NCBI GenBank assembly: GCA_000934665.2
Contig: JYFJ02003342.1
Coordinates: forward strand, 1-43,163
DNA length: 43,163 bases
Origin: Catajapyx aquilonaris
Lineage: Eukaryota
Reading direction: 5' to 3'
Shown here in pieces: positions 1-11,844 of the stretch. The translations under genes were made by a program, and so were the position numbers. The first letter of the stretch is position 1. Each line of letters opens with the position of its first letter. The notes below the pieces were generated by a model. It worked only from the letters and a program-made list of their open reading frames with translations, searched no databases and was not told where the DNA came from.

Positions 1-253
1 TCCATCCGCAATCCTCTTTTTACACATCCAATCAGAATATCTGTGTCGACTACACTATAAGACAAGCAGGTAATCTATCACAGAGAGTGACAAACTTCGG
101 CTTATTGCAACTTATAAGGCCTATTTTAAGACATATCGAGTTTCGAGTGTACGGAAGGGAAATTTTTACAAACAAACACACTTCCTAAAATAGTGTATAT
201 GTACCCCTTACCAGCACCCCAACATACCCGGGCAACGCCGGGTAACCTGCTAG
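1..253 (+). mobile_element. Helitron-type 3' end (non-autonomous, 5' boundary not determined)
   Basis: GC-rich hairpin TACCCGG-gcaacg-CCGGGTA (225-244), then 5 nt, then CTAG (250-253) followed by T. This is the canonical Helitron 3' terminus. Confidence 0.6.
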
Positions 254-1518
254 TTAACTTTAATTGCAACAAAATGCACTGTAAATAATCGTGTTGCTGC
301 ATTATTATGCCTTTTTTACACCCTTAATACTGATTATTATTAAAGATATATATTTTGTTATAGCATTTGATAATAGCTTCTTATCAAAAATCAAATAAAA
401 ATGAAGCATGAATATTGCACATAGCCAAAGGTTGGTTCTAGAAAGGTACGTAGGCAGACGCATTGCTTGACGGAATATGTGTCTGCCTGGCCTCAATACT
501 GCATACTGAAAGAGTGAAAATCGAAATTGTAAAGTGATATTGACTTCTTAAAAAAAAATAATGAACCCTGAAGCTTAACATCTCATAACCGTCATAACTC
601 TCTGCACCAGGGGAATCCAGAAAACAAAATACACGGGTATGTGAATTTCTGTTGTCAATAAAGACGAGATGACAGATCACGGGAAATCCTGCCAAATTTG
701 TTTTACTGAGTTAGGTGCTCCTCGTCTTAAGTATGTTGTTTTTTTACAGAGGTTTTCATTCCATAAGATGCAGTGTTAATATTTATATAAGAACGTCTTA
801 CAAGGGAATAAACAGTGTCATTGCTCAAATATTGTGAAATTATTTTATTGTCGAGTATGGTACCTGTTTCAGTTATTTTCCAGTTTGATTTGAGAGATAA
901 GTTAACATGATTATAATGGAACATTAAAGGAGACAACTCTTTACTAATCCCGTCATACTTCTCCTTAATGCTGTTTTAACATTTTCATTATACCCTTACA
1001 CTGAAATACTTATAGGCTGTACTACGTCGTACTGCACATGATATCAATTTAAGAAATATATGATGAGTAATAACTTTGATGTCTGTCTGGCACAATTCCA
1101 CTAAGGAACGAAGGCACCAATCAGCCTCTACTGAAGTTCGTGTGTCGGCGAAAGAGCATTGCACTGTAGTCTACAAAATGTCTTGTTAGAGATCAGAGGA
1201 AACTTGTTATTGCAGATCAATGAGATCTTACTGCCACCATCTCCTCTCCAAACCTCACTACCCAAAAAGCAAATAAGAGGGCTAAAGAGGCAATTTGTAT
1301 CTGATCCTGCAACAAACATATCGCCGGCATACAAGCGAGATCCAATAAGTTTAAAAATACAGTTTCGCGATAATTGAAGGCAAAGGTTTGACCTTGTACT
1401 GGCTTACATGATAGTGAAGACAGGCAATCCTGGCTTGCTGGCCCATTATGAATCTTTAGTAGGCCCTATGCTACTACATGGACTTCACCAGGCGATAGAT
1501 CAGAAAAAATGCTACTTA

Positions 1519-1867
1519 CAAGGGAATGACCAAAGGTGGTCGCCTCCGATTTGGCTGAAACTTGCATGAGGAGTCAATTATGTGCCATAGACACAGTGGT
1601 GAAAGTCCTCAATGGCAGTGTTCAGCCGTTTCCGAGACAAGCGACAGAAGCATCCAAATTTTGGCACCGCGTGCAGGGATCGGGCGGGAAAGGGACAAGT
1701 GCAAGCCCTATACGCGCCGCCAAAATTCGGATGTATTGTCGCTTATGTCTCGGAAACGGCTGAACACTGACATTTAGGACTTTCACCACTGTGTCTATGG
1801 CACATGATTGACCCATCATGCAAGTTTCAGCCAAACCGGAGGCGACTACCATTGGCCATTCCCTTGT
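1519..1867. mobile_element. Foldback MITE family A, copy 1 (about 350 bp)
   Basis: Long imperfect inverted arms (CAAGGGAATG...CATTCCCTTG) around a short spacer, TA on both sides. A homologous copy lies at 26146-26499 in the opposite orientation. Confidence 0.85.
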
Positions 1868-2564
1868 TAAGTTGTGTAAATAACTCAACTTAGGTCAGTT
1901 TGATATCAATGTCAACAAATGATGCATTTCATTAATTTACCAGGGAGGCTTACCTGTTTGATACCTTTCATTCGGGATATTTATTAACATACCGTATTAA
2001 ATTAAATAATAGCGAAAGAATATTTGTAGAGTGGGTCATTTTCATTTATTTTTGCGCATTTGCTGTGTCAATGTAGAAAAAAAAATTAATAACTGTGACC
2101 AATCCTGCAAGTAATTTTTCATTTACGTGAGAGACATTCATATGTGTTCATTTGATATCAAAAACATGGATTTGAATACATTTAGTCATATGTAACTAAA
2201 TAAAAAATGATGAAAAGTGTATGGAAATGAGGCGAAGCCGATAGCAAGATTAGTCCTTTGTGAATTTCATACAGCTGTGTCAGTACCCGGATTTTTTGAA
2301 CCCATTTTTTACGCTTGTTATCATTGGATACCCCAAAATTTATACATATCATTGTCATTTAACATATAACTATATTTTACAAATCATTTAAGCATGTGAA
2401 GCGTGACATCGTCACACTCTGTTACCATCTGACTGGTACTCTTGTAGGAACTTGTGAAATCGCTCAAAATAGGGCAGTAAAATGCCCAAGTGTAGCATAG
2501 ATTCAGTCGCGATGGAATCATTTGTCAGTTGGAAGATGAGTGCTGGACAAGGAGGAGGCGAGGC

Positions 2565-3258
2565 GGGCCCTGTTTTCTCTCAAGGTTGCTGCGTATTTTT
2601 TCTGCCTGTCACGTATGTTACCTTCTTAAATCCTATTTCACTGCATGTAATTGTCAAAGCTGAATTGAGCTTGTTGCATACTGAGGTCCCACCTCTTCAG
2701 GTACTAATAACTTTTCATAAATAGTCCGCGAGGAAAAAATTACTACATTCAATTTGTCACTGTTTGTTACTGTCACGTATGTTACCTACCATAGAGTAAC
2801 ATATATGACGGGCTTGGTAACAAATGTGAATGATGACACCTATTATGCTATAAGGCAGAACAGCCTAACATCTGTTTGATTTCATCATCACAGCCGCAAA
2901 TTCGTAAGCAGTAAGCACCCATGACTGTTGCCTATTATTGTCACCAACAATTTTAAGCAACAGCTATGGTTGTGATGGATGTTATGATGGTTAATAATAC
3001 GCCAAATTCGTGGGCCGTGCGTGTGAGTATGGTTTCCCAACAGCTGATACGATGACATCAAACAGAAGTTAGGCTGTTCAGCCTATAATTGTATTTAGAT
3101 CATAATCACATTGCTCTCATTAATGGTGCCTTGTATGTATGTCAAGTTTGTAGAAAAATCATGGCCTTAACTGCAGCAGAAAAGCAAAGACGGTATCGAG
3201 AGAAACTGCGCAATGATCCTCAGCGGGAAGCAGAAAACTGCAGGAAAGATAGGGAGAG
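2565..3258 (+). mobile_element. Probable DNA-transposon 5' fragment with a first coding exon (3161-3258); possibly Sola-like
   Basis: CTGTCACGTATGTTACCT occurs at about 2606 and 2770, with inverted variants at about 2796-2830. ATG 3161 gives MALTAAEKQRRYREKLRNDPQREAENCRKDRE, then a GTATGT donor. This charged N-terminus is a type common in invertebrate transposon proteins; the superfamily is inferred only. Confidence 0.35.
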
Positions 3259-4952
3259 GTATGTAAAGTCATGTCTGTCATGACCATAGCCCACCAGCCA
3301 AATAGGCACGCATGTCCCCTGTGATCCGCTACTTAAAAGAGATTGCACCAGAGGTGAATCGTACAGGATTTTCTGGCACAGTTTTGCCCCCTTTTCTCTA
3401 CAACTCACGAAGCCTGTACCACCAACATGCAGTAAACATTGGTGAAATAAATTGCACTGCATCACATCGCCTTGAGAGGAGTTAAGCGCATCAGAGTAGG
3501 CTTATAGTAGGAGTGGCTGGATGGGTGATCATAATGTCTGACCTTTACAAATCTCCTCTCAAACCAGTAATGTACAGGTCAGAAGTAATACAGCGCAATT
3601 TTGTTGGAGGTAGACGACCAGTACACATAGGTTGACCGCCAGCAAAGCCATACCTGGAAAGCATGCAGGGGAATTATGATCGTTAATATCAGCGACCAAC
3701 TGTCAATAGCTCCTGGGTATTGAACTGCGTGATGCCTCCCGTGATTAAATCGAAGAGGGCATTGGCACCCAAGATTTACACGATACATTGCAAACCAATG
3801 GCGCATTAATTACAAAACACGTGACTTCATGTCACAGCAAGCTAATTGGCATCGTCGCCAAGGGCTGCACTTGTAGCTACATTCTTGTTCCCAGGCAATC
3901 ATTCCAATTTGATTGGTAAGCCTACAGACAACTGATGGCTGGTTCTGATACCGGCATATCCCATAGGTATCGCATTATTCAATATTACAATCCAATGTCG
4001 TAAAGAGTGACAGTTCCATTACCATATTCATGATGTACAGCAGGTGTCACGGGAAAATCTGTCACGGGAATGTACATGTGGGATCTAATCAGAGTTTATA
4101 ATATCATTGTTCATCTCAACAACGCGACAGTGCAGGGTGAATCGTAACTCCAGACAATCAGTACTCATTGGCGCATAACCAGTCCGGCTAAAACAGAGAA
4201 TAAAATATAACGAAAGCAACATACTATAGAAATGACGTAATCAATGTTGAACATTTGGATCCTCCTTAGAGAAAAGCGGCCACCCCAATCTTATTCTAAT
4301 CCTGGAACATATGCAAATGTAACCCGAGGGAGTATCCCGAAATCGAATGCTGTATGATGCGACAGTAAACTGGCTGTAAAACATCACGTGTGGTAATCTT
4401 ATTAATGTGACCGGTTGTCAGGGTGGTTAGTGGTATGAATATTGAGTAGTTTGTCACATAACTAGTTCACGATTCAATTCCCATTCTAAAATAATGTCAA
4501 AAGTCGTGTCTTTGTTTTCTCGGGAATCTCTCGGGCAGAGAGAATGCATAAATGCCGGGAACTTTATGCCCCCGATAGTATAAGCAGAAGTCCTATTGAT
4601 TTTACGTTCCCTAGTTGTGGGACTTGGCTGACTCAGAGGCTCCTGAAGTGTATGCGGTGTCACATTATGAAGACGATGCCGACACTTGTATAGACGGACT
4701 AGTGTATACGCCTGCAAGACTCCATTGTTGCCAAACATATGAAATCTCCTTAGATGACGACACAGGTCAAGTGTAAGCCATGTCACCTGCTACCCAGCTG
4801 ATCTTCTTTATAGCCTAATCCTTGGACCCCCCAGATGCCATGTCACGCCATGTCAAACACCATGGACAATCTCCCAGTAGTGCTTCTCTGATAGCACCAG
4901 AAGCACAGATAAAAGTTTGTTTTGGCCCAAATCTACGTAAATTCAAAGTGTA

Positions 4953-5003
4953 ATGACCGAGGGGGTGCCTTTGTTACAAAGCAAAACAATGAGAAGGAAT
5001 CAG
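4953..5003 (+). CDS. Tret1: Tret1-like exon 1 (MTEGVPLLQSKTMRRNQ)
   Basis: ATG at 4953, CAG|GTAAGT donor at 5004, phase 0 into exon 2. Confidence 0.75.
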
Positions 5004-8000
5004 GTAAGTCCTAATGACATTTTAATTACTGACATCGCACTTTAATTATCCCATGCATTATCCCGTCTCTGAAATTAAGTGAACATGTCACGTTACTTAG
5101 GTTCTGGCAGGAGCAGTAGGTGCTATGGCAATTGCCATGGTAGGCACGCAGTTGGGATTTTCTGCCATAGCCATTCCTACTCTGATGGACCCTAAGAGTG
5201 ACATCCACGTCGACGAAGAAACAGCGTCCTGGATTGGTATGTCCAGTTTGTTTTGTTTTGAGATTGGTTCTATTCTGGCCCGTTTACTACAGCCAGCATC
5301 GTGTCGCCCAGCTGCATGATGGGTTGCCTGCTCACTAGCATCATAGCTGAGAAGACTGGCCGTAAAATGTGTGTCTTGGTTTCCTGCATAGTGTTCACCA
5401 TTTCATGGCTCGTTATTGGACTTTCTCCATCTGCCGGTTATATATTAGGCGGCAGGATTATTGGTGGTTTGGCAATGGCGCTGGCGGGACAAGTGCAAGT
5501 GAGTCTTTAAGTATTCAAATCGTAACTCTGCTGATGGCGTTTTTATGAATCGGTGGTCAGTTATGAAGCGCATTTGCATACTTTTAAAAAACATAAAAAA
5601 GAACTAGAGCACTCTTCTATACTACTCTATAGCATCCCCTATAGGCCTACACTTGGAAGCCTATTTCTGTCTGCAAGCCAAGAATTAGTCTGATCCTTTT
5701 TGCATTATATTGACCCACACTCCCCACGTCATCTATTGTGCGTCTGCATAAGCGTTGGTATATTTCCTTTAATAGCGGAGAAGGATGGAACGATACTTGC
5801 AAGTCGCATTCTACTCTGTAGTGACATTACGTTGATTGAATTGGATGACTGAAGTAGCTTACGTAACGAACAAGCCGGATACTGTAAATAGATAGCCCTA
5901 GTACTTTCAGGATTATCGGCATGCGCACACGGACGCTTGACTTATTGGAAGCCAATAGGAGAGGAACGTTTATATGCCGAAACGGCTGTCGGTACGAGGT
6001 TTGCATGCGAGAATATCACGTAACGGATGTCGATGGTTATTTTTAGATTCGTAAAGTTTTGATCGGCCATTCTGAATCCGCGATGTTTGTGTAGGGCCAT
6101 TCACTCCATGGCCAGTTGAAGGGAAGTGTTCACTAGGGGCTAAACAGGTTTCCTGACGTCAGCAACTCCCACTCTACGGATTTCTGGGAACTGTGACGTA
6201 CCAATGGGATTTCGGTTTTTCCGGGTCCTTTTGGAAATTTCAATCGCTAATCGCAGGGTCTTGGATGAAGGGAAAGTGTGGAACGTTTTCCCTCACACAC
6301 CTCGACACACTGTTGTTTACAGGAAATGGAATACAGCTATGCTAAAAGTAACTATTATAACGTAAGTGCGAAAAAGTTACAAACGGACACCTGAAGTGGA
6401 ACCTACTCTAGTGCCATCCAGGTCTTGAGTGCCGTCTGCTACGTGGAATTTTAGACTTTTTCGAAGAAAAAAGTATTATAGAACGGCTCTGTCTGTCTGT
6501 CTGTCTGTGGACAGGTATTAGACAGACAGAGCCGTGCTATAAGACTTTTTCGAGCTACCTGGCTGCCCCCTCCCCCCACTACCCCCGACCCCTGACCGCC
6601 CATTCCCCCCAGACCAGACAGACAGACAGAGCCGTGCTATAAGACTTTTTTCCCGATTTTCGGGTTCCGGGTTCACTCTATCCGCCCCTTCCCCCTGGCT
6701 GCTCCCTCCCCCCACCTTCCCCTGACCCCCAATCTCCCTAGACCGTCCCTTTCCCCTTGACCTCCCAGTCCCGTGACTGACGTTGGGGACAATAGCAGTA
6801 AACATGAAAAAGTCTACTCTAATCACGCTGACGTGATTTGCCAATCTTGTTTTGTTTATGTCGGCATATATCTCGCAATATTTTGGTAACCCGGCGGTTT
6901 ACCAACAGTTTGTGGATTTTTCAACCTGGGAAATCAGCATGCAGATAGTGGCCTGTATTCCCAGCAACTTTCAGGCAATTATCGGTCTGCCATGTTTTGG
7001 CATTACATGCTAATGATGGGCCTACCTAGGGAGATTACTCGCATTTAAAATACCGCCTCCCTCACACATGCCCCTGGATTATTTTTTTCCCCTGTAAATG
7101 ACAGTGGCGAGTATGTGGTGGAAACTCTGCATATTTTCCCCTCCAACACATTACCATGTAATTAGCCTTTAAAATTTCCATTTTTACATAGGAAAAGGGA
7201 ATGGAAAAGTTATGCAGTGAACACTTCACAGTTCCTATAGAACTGAGAAGAGCAGTGGATGGTGATATCACGAAACATTCATGAGATATTATGCCCACTG
7301 CACTGTTACGATCTGGAGGGCAAAATTCTTTGCACATACAGGCATCCCACATTCACAGACACCACTACATTGTATACAGATTTTCATGATAGCAGGTTGC
7401 CAACTCTCCCTCTGTATATCAGCGACCGAATAATGCAAATTAATCACTCGTTGCAAATTCATCTGCACGATGATTAAACTTTATTAACCCCCATGGGTTG
7501 ATTAACTCCGCTCAATTGTCAAATCTCAAACAAAACAATAAATCCAGCTCATTTGTAATGTTAGTGAATCATTTACGAAAATGACTCAGCATCCACTCAT
7601 TGATCCACTGGGAAATACAGAAATTTAAGCCTTGTCGATATTGAAAATCTCTTCTCAGAAAGCAGTTCTGTAGTGAATGACTAGCCAACTGCTTGTATGC
7701 CATGGGACACAAAATGTCAGTCAGACTGTGAAAAAAAAGCTCAAAGGGATTCTGCACACGCATTAGTGCAGATGAAGCTCTAAATGAGATGAACTTGAAA
7801 AGTAATGTACTGTACACTCCTGCTCAGTACCATTCCATATCCACACGTGATATATATCGAGGTCACACTACTCTCACTTTTAGTAAGGTAACGACGACCT
7901 CATACAGCAATGCAGTGCAAATAAAACCAGGGCATAAAGGGCCATTGAAGGCACAACCCAAACATTTCGCGAGAAGCATAAAATGGATGAGCATGTTCTA

Positions 8001-10872
8001 ACACCAGAAAGTTATATTGCCAAAATATGAAAGTTATTGGGCTATGCTGCAAAAATAGCCAGAAATGTGAAATGTGCTTCCCATCCTTTGTACACTGTGG
8101 TTGTACAGTATTTGCGATGGAAAAAAAACATGTTGAAAACTACAAAATAGTTGTAATTATAATTTTGTGCAAAAATGTCAAAAACATGATAATTGATTAC
8201 ATAAGGCGGAAATCGACAAATCCGACGTGATGCAGTGCAATTTTACCTGGGGAAATTACATGTTGATCATGCATGTGGAATCTACACTAAAACGAGAGTT
8301 TAATCAACATGATGCATAGGGATCCATTCAATTCCAAGAGTCAAGTGGTCCACTAATAACATTGTTTACAGGCTAGTATTTTTAGAATCGCTTTCTTGAG
8401 CACAGGTACTCAGGCCACTTTAATAATATTAAAACCACAATAAAAGCAAGACTAACAAGGATGACGTAATGGACTGAGTCAATAATCTTGCTCCTGCAGT
8501 AGTGTAGGATGATGGTTAGTGTGTTGACAAAAAAGGAACCTCATCTCATGCATCAACAATATTAATATTTCGCTATACAGAATGGAGGGCACATTAATTA
8601 TCTCCCATTTTTGCCTAACTCATTGAGAGTATTGTTGCGCAGAGTCAACAAACTACATGAGGTGGGAATACTGTAACTGATAGTGTTTTATGCGCGAAAC
8701 TTTTTTTTTGCGACTGCAGTTTGTTCTGAGCACATCCTGGTAATACTGCGTACATACCACTTCATGCTGTACAGTCTAGGCCTAAATATGGTTAAGTTTA
8801 ATATTGAAAGTGTGTAAGTGTCCTGCTCTCAACACATTGATTACCTAGTGATGCAAATTGCAGCCAAGGATAATCCCCTCTGGATGTACTGTAAATCATA
8901 ATGGGCCTATTGATTACAGTAATTATCATTTCAAATATCGACAAGTAGAATGATCACAAAAAACCTTATTGGTGTTTCATTCTGCTAGGCTCTGAATAAT
9001 AAGGACTATAGCCTGTATTATTTTTATGGCTTCTAAAGAACAGGGTAGTTCAAGAATGCCACACTTCCCAGGTCAATGAAAAAAGTGCTGGATTTTCTTA
9101 GCCCAATAACCAGTTATTTAAAGAGAAGCAACATTCAATAATAATTGTTGTGTCTCTTTAAATTAGTTGCTGTCAGAGGAAACCATCCCTAACATCTCAC
9201 CTTGACCTAGGGACATTGGCAATGCACCATCCTGCCTGTATTTTTCTGGAAATAGCGTTTGTTGAATATTTAATAGTAGCTTTGTAAAATTTAAAATGAA
9301 GGTAGAAAGGTAAGTATAGCGTGGAGGGTATATACAGTACTTCTCACATATGGCCACTGCCACAACATGGAAAATGCTGCTGGTATTCTTGATAATACCC
9401 AATGCAGCGAAAAACATGCGTCGAGAATGGAAAGTCGATATATAAAATCTATAAATACTTTCTCAGTTTTTTACCAATAACCTCCGTCGATAAAAATATT
9501 ACAAACCTGAGCAATCGATACGTTCAAAACATTGATAGAAAAATTACAGAGAGGATATGTTAAGGTCAAATGTGCATTATAATCAACATTTCATTCAAAA
9601 AAAAATTATTCCCAGATGATCATTTAGTTCTTTTTGAATGTAATCGACTTGACAAGTTTCACAAAACAGCTGTCATTAATATTTTCAGGAAAGTTATGAA
9701 GCAAACGCTACTCAGTGTCAGCAGGATCCAGCACTACAGTTTTTGTAGCTGGCTACTGTGATAATCTCTTCAGAGTTGACTTTTCAGTTCTGTTCACACA
9801 GGTATACATCTGCGAGATATGCGACCCATGCATCCGAGGCATTATGTCCACCTCCACAGGCTTCACGGTGATGCTGGGCATCTTCTATGTGTACCTCTTG
9901 GGCTCTATGATGCACTGGCAGACAGTAGCCTTCCTCAACATCACGTTCCCCGTCTGCATCTTTTTGGCCATGCTCTTCATGCCTGAGTCTCCCAACTGGC
10001 TACTGACGAAAGGAAAAGAAGCAAAAGCACTGGAATCCCTGAAGTGGCTTCGAGGATACACAGATGTCACTGAAGAGATGCAAAAATTGAAGGACAACGA
10101 AACGCGTAACTCTCAGTACCGACAATCATGGCGGCTATTTCTTTCCCGTTTGACCAGTCCATCTGTTTGGAAACCATTCTGCATTTCCATAGCCCTTTTC
10201 TTTGTCCAGGAGTTTTCCGGAATTTACAGCGTCACCTTCTACCAGGTGAACATTTTCCAGATGGCTGGATCAACAGTCAACGAGTACCTGGCCACAGTGG
10301 TTATGGGAGTGGTCAGAATTGTCACCATGCTGATCACGTGCTACCTCCTGATATTCCTGGGACGCCGCCATCTTTTTTTCATCTCCGGAGCTGCCATCGC
10401 GTCATCCATGTGCTTGGTAGGAACATTCTTCTTCCTGGAAGGAGTGGGTGTTCCAGACCGATGGGGATGGGTGCCTATGGCAGGATTCCTCCTCTTCACT
10501 ATCGGGCTCTGCTTGGGATATGAGCCGTTGCCTTTCTTGGTGACTCCGGAGCTGCTACCAGGTGACATCAGAGGTCGGGCTATGGCCATATGTATCCTAG
10601 CATTTGAAGTGTTCCGATTTCTGACGGTCAAGTACTTTCCGTATTTAATTCACACTCTGCAGCCGTATGGCACCTTCTGGCTTTACGGCACTGTTGCCTT
10701 ATCCGGAGTGGGTTTTGTCTACTATTTTCTCCCTGAGACCAAAGGGAAGAGACTGGAGGATATTGAAGCCTTGTTTATCCAGGAGCCTCCAATCTTGAGC
10801 GTGCCTGTGGAAAACGGAAGAGCAGATGCATTTGTTCTAGTGGAGCAGGACAAGGACAAGGGGCAGCCCTAG
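4953..10872 (+). CDS. Tret1: Facilitated trehalose transporter Tret1-like / GLUT8-class sugar porter (MFS), 4 exons, about 487 aa
   Basis: Exons 4953-5003, 5101-5236, 5293-5498 and 9802-10872 join in frame (1464 nt) through GT-AG introns. Sugar-porter motifs: GRK, GRIIGG, VYICEI..RG, PESPNWL, QEFSGI, GRR, PETKGK. In-frame stop at 4938-4940 upstream of the ATG. Confidence 0.92.
5101..5236 (+). CDS. Tret1: Tret1-like exon 2 (VLAGAVGAMAIAMVGTQLGFS...ASWI)
   Basis: TTAG acceptor ending at 5100, TM1-like sequence, GTATGT donor at 5237, phase 1. Confidence 0.9.
5293..5498 (+). CDS. Tret1: Tret1-like exon 3 (ASIVSPSCMMGC...GRK...GRIIGG...QVQ)
   Basis: 56-bp intron ending CAG at 5292, GTGAGT donor at 5499. 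Confidence 0.92.
6451..6850 (+). mobile_element. Helentron-associated non-autonomous element (HINE/DINE-1-like)
   Basis: T-run, then subTIR TAGACTTTTTC (6452-6462), a nearby short inverted copy, and a (GTCT)n microsatellite. The 3' end has subTIR GAAAAAGTCTA (6806-6816), hairpin AATCACG-ctga-CGTGATT (6821-6838) and CTTGTT. Confidence 0.7.
9802..10872 (+). CDS. Tret1: Tret1-like exon 4 (VYICEI...PETKGK...GQP*)
   Basis: CACAG acceptor ending at 9801, in frame with ORF 9715-10872, multiple TM helices. Confidence 0.95.
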   Translation, partial: VYICEICDPCIRGIMSTSTGFTVMLGIFYVYLLGSMMHWQTVAFLNITFPVCIFLAMLFMPESPNWLLTKGKEAKALESLKWLRGYTDVTEEMQKLKDNETRNSQYRQSWRLFLSRLTSPSVWKPFCISIALFFVQEFSGIYSVTFYQVNIFQMAGSTVNEYLATVVMGVVRIVTMLITCYLLIFLGRRHLFFISGAAIASSMCLVGTFFFLEGVGVPDRWGWVPMAGFLLFTIGLCLGYEPLPFLVTPELLPGDIRGRAMAICILAFEVFRFLTVKYFPYLIHTLQPYGTFWLYGTVALSGVGFVYYFLPETKGKRLEDIEALFIQEPPILSVPVENGRADAFVLVEQDKDKGQP

Positions 10873-10994
10873 TGCAAAAATATTCTATCGGTGTGTGTGC
10901 GGGGGGGAGGGGGTGGTGCATCTGAACCAATACTCTCGGTATATTTTCATTATTGATTCACATTATTGTCCTTCACATGTCTGTAGGGTGGGGA

Positions 10995-11000
10995 AATAAA
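10995..11000 (+). promoter_or_regulatory. Candidate polyadenylation signal of the Tret1-like gene
   Basis: AATAAA about 120 nt after the stop codon. Confidence 0.5.
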
Positions 11001-11439
11001 CGCATGCGAATGTATTTAAGCCGTGCGCTGTATATACTGCCGCGAGTTACTCATTCCTATGAAGTACCGTATAGCTATGAATCATGCTACTCCCTCTTAT
11101 GTAACTAAGGCTACGCCCATTATTATAGTCAGTGTTGACGTTAATGCAAAAGTGGAATACTCTACGTATAGTGTAAAGATAGGGGTAAGTGGGGTGAATA
11201 GTGATACTGGTTGCGATAACTAAAAGGATCCGACACTTCATTCGACGTTCACTTTATTTTGCTTCCCTACATGCTGATCAGTGCATATCGTCAGCATACA
11301 GGAGAAGTCCAGTACGTAAAAAAAAAACACCTGTGGGGCATGTGGGGCGTATGGTAAAAGATGCAGACCTTTATTGTTCTTATTTACAGCGGGTGATACT
11401 TCTAAGATCAAACAAGTGTATAGGCACGGACAGGATGTA

Positions 11440-11836
11440 CGTGAATTCATTTGCCAAAATGATACTGGTGGTAGGAGGTGCGTTTCTAAGAGGTATAGCA
11501 TGGGTCCGAAAGGCCGGCAACGATCCGTCATGGCGATGCCGACCTTTGGCATGGGATGTCTATCCTGACATGTATGGATACCCCCGTACATGCCTGCATT
11601 GCTGGTTGCCGGGCCAGGCCGCCGGCCGGTTGAGCAGCGTGGAATGCGAGCCCCTGGTCCAGCAACCAGTGATGCAGGCATGCCTGTGGGTATCGACACT
11701 TGTAAGGATAAACATCGTCCATGTCAAAGGTCGACATCGCCAAGACGGATCGTTGCCGGCCTTTCGGACCCATGCCATGCCTCTTCCAAACGCACCTCCT
11801 ACCACCAGCAGTATTATTTTGATAAATTAATTCACG
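11440..11836. mobile_element. Foldback MITE family B, copy 1 (TA TSD)
   Basis: TA|CGTGAATTCATTTGCCAAAATGATAC...GTATTATTTTGATAAATTAATTCACG|TA with long imperfect arms. Homolog at 16560-16937. Confidence 0.85.
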
Positions 11837-11844
11837 TAGGCCTA

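Noticed and set aside
5602..6433. Possible Helitron/HINE-like element beginning ACTAGAGCACTC
   Set aside because: Termini and hairpin are too weak to define, and no second copy is in the window.
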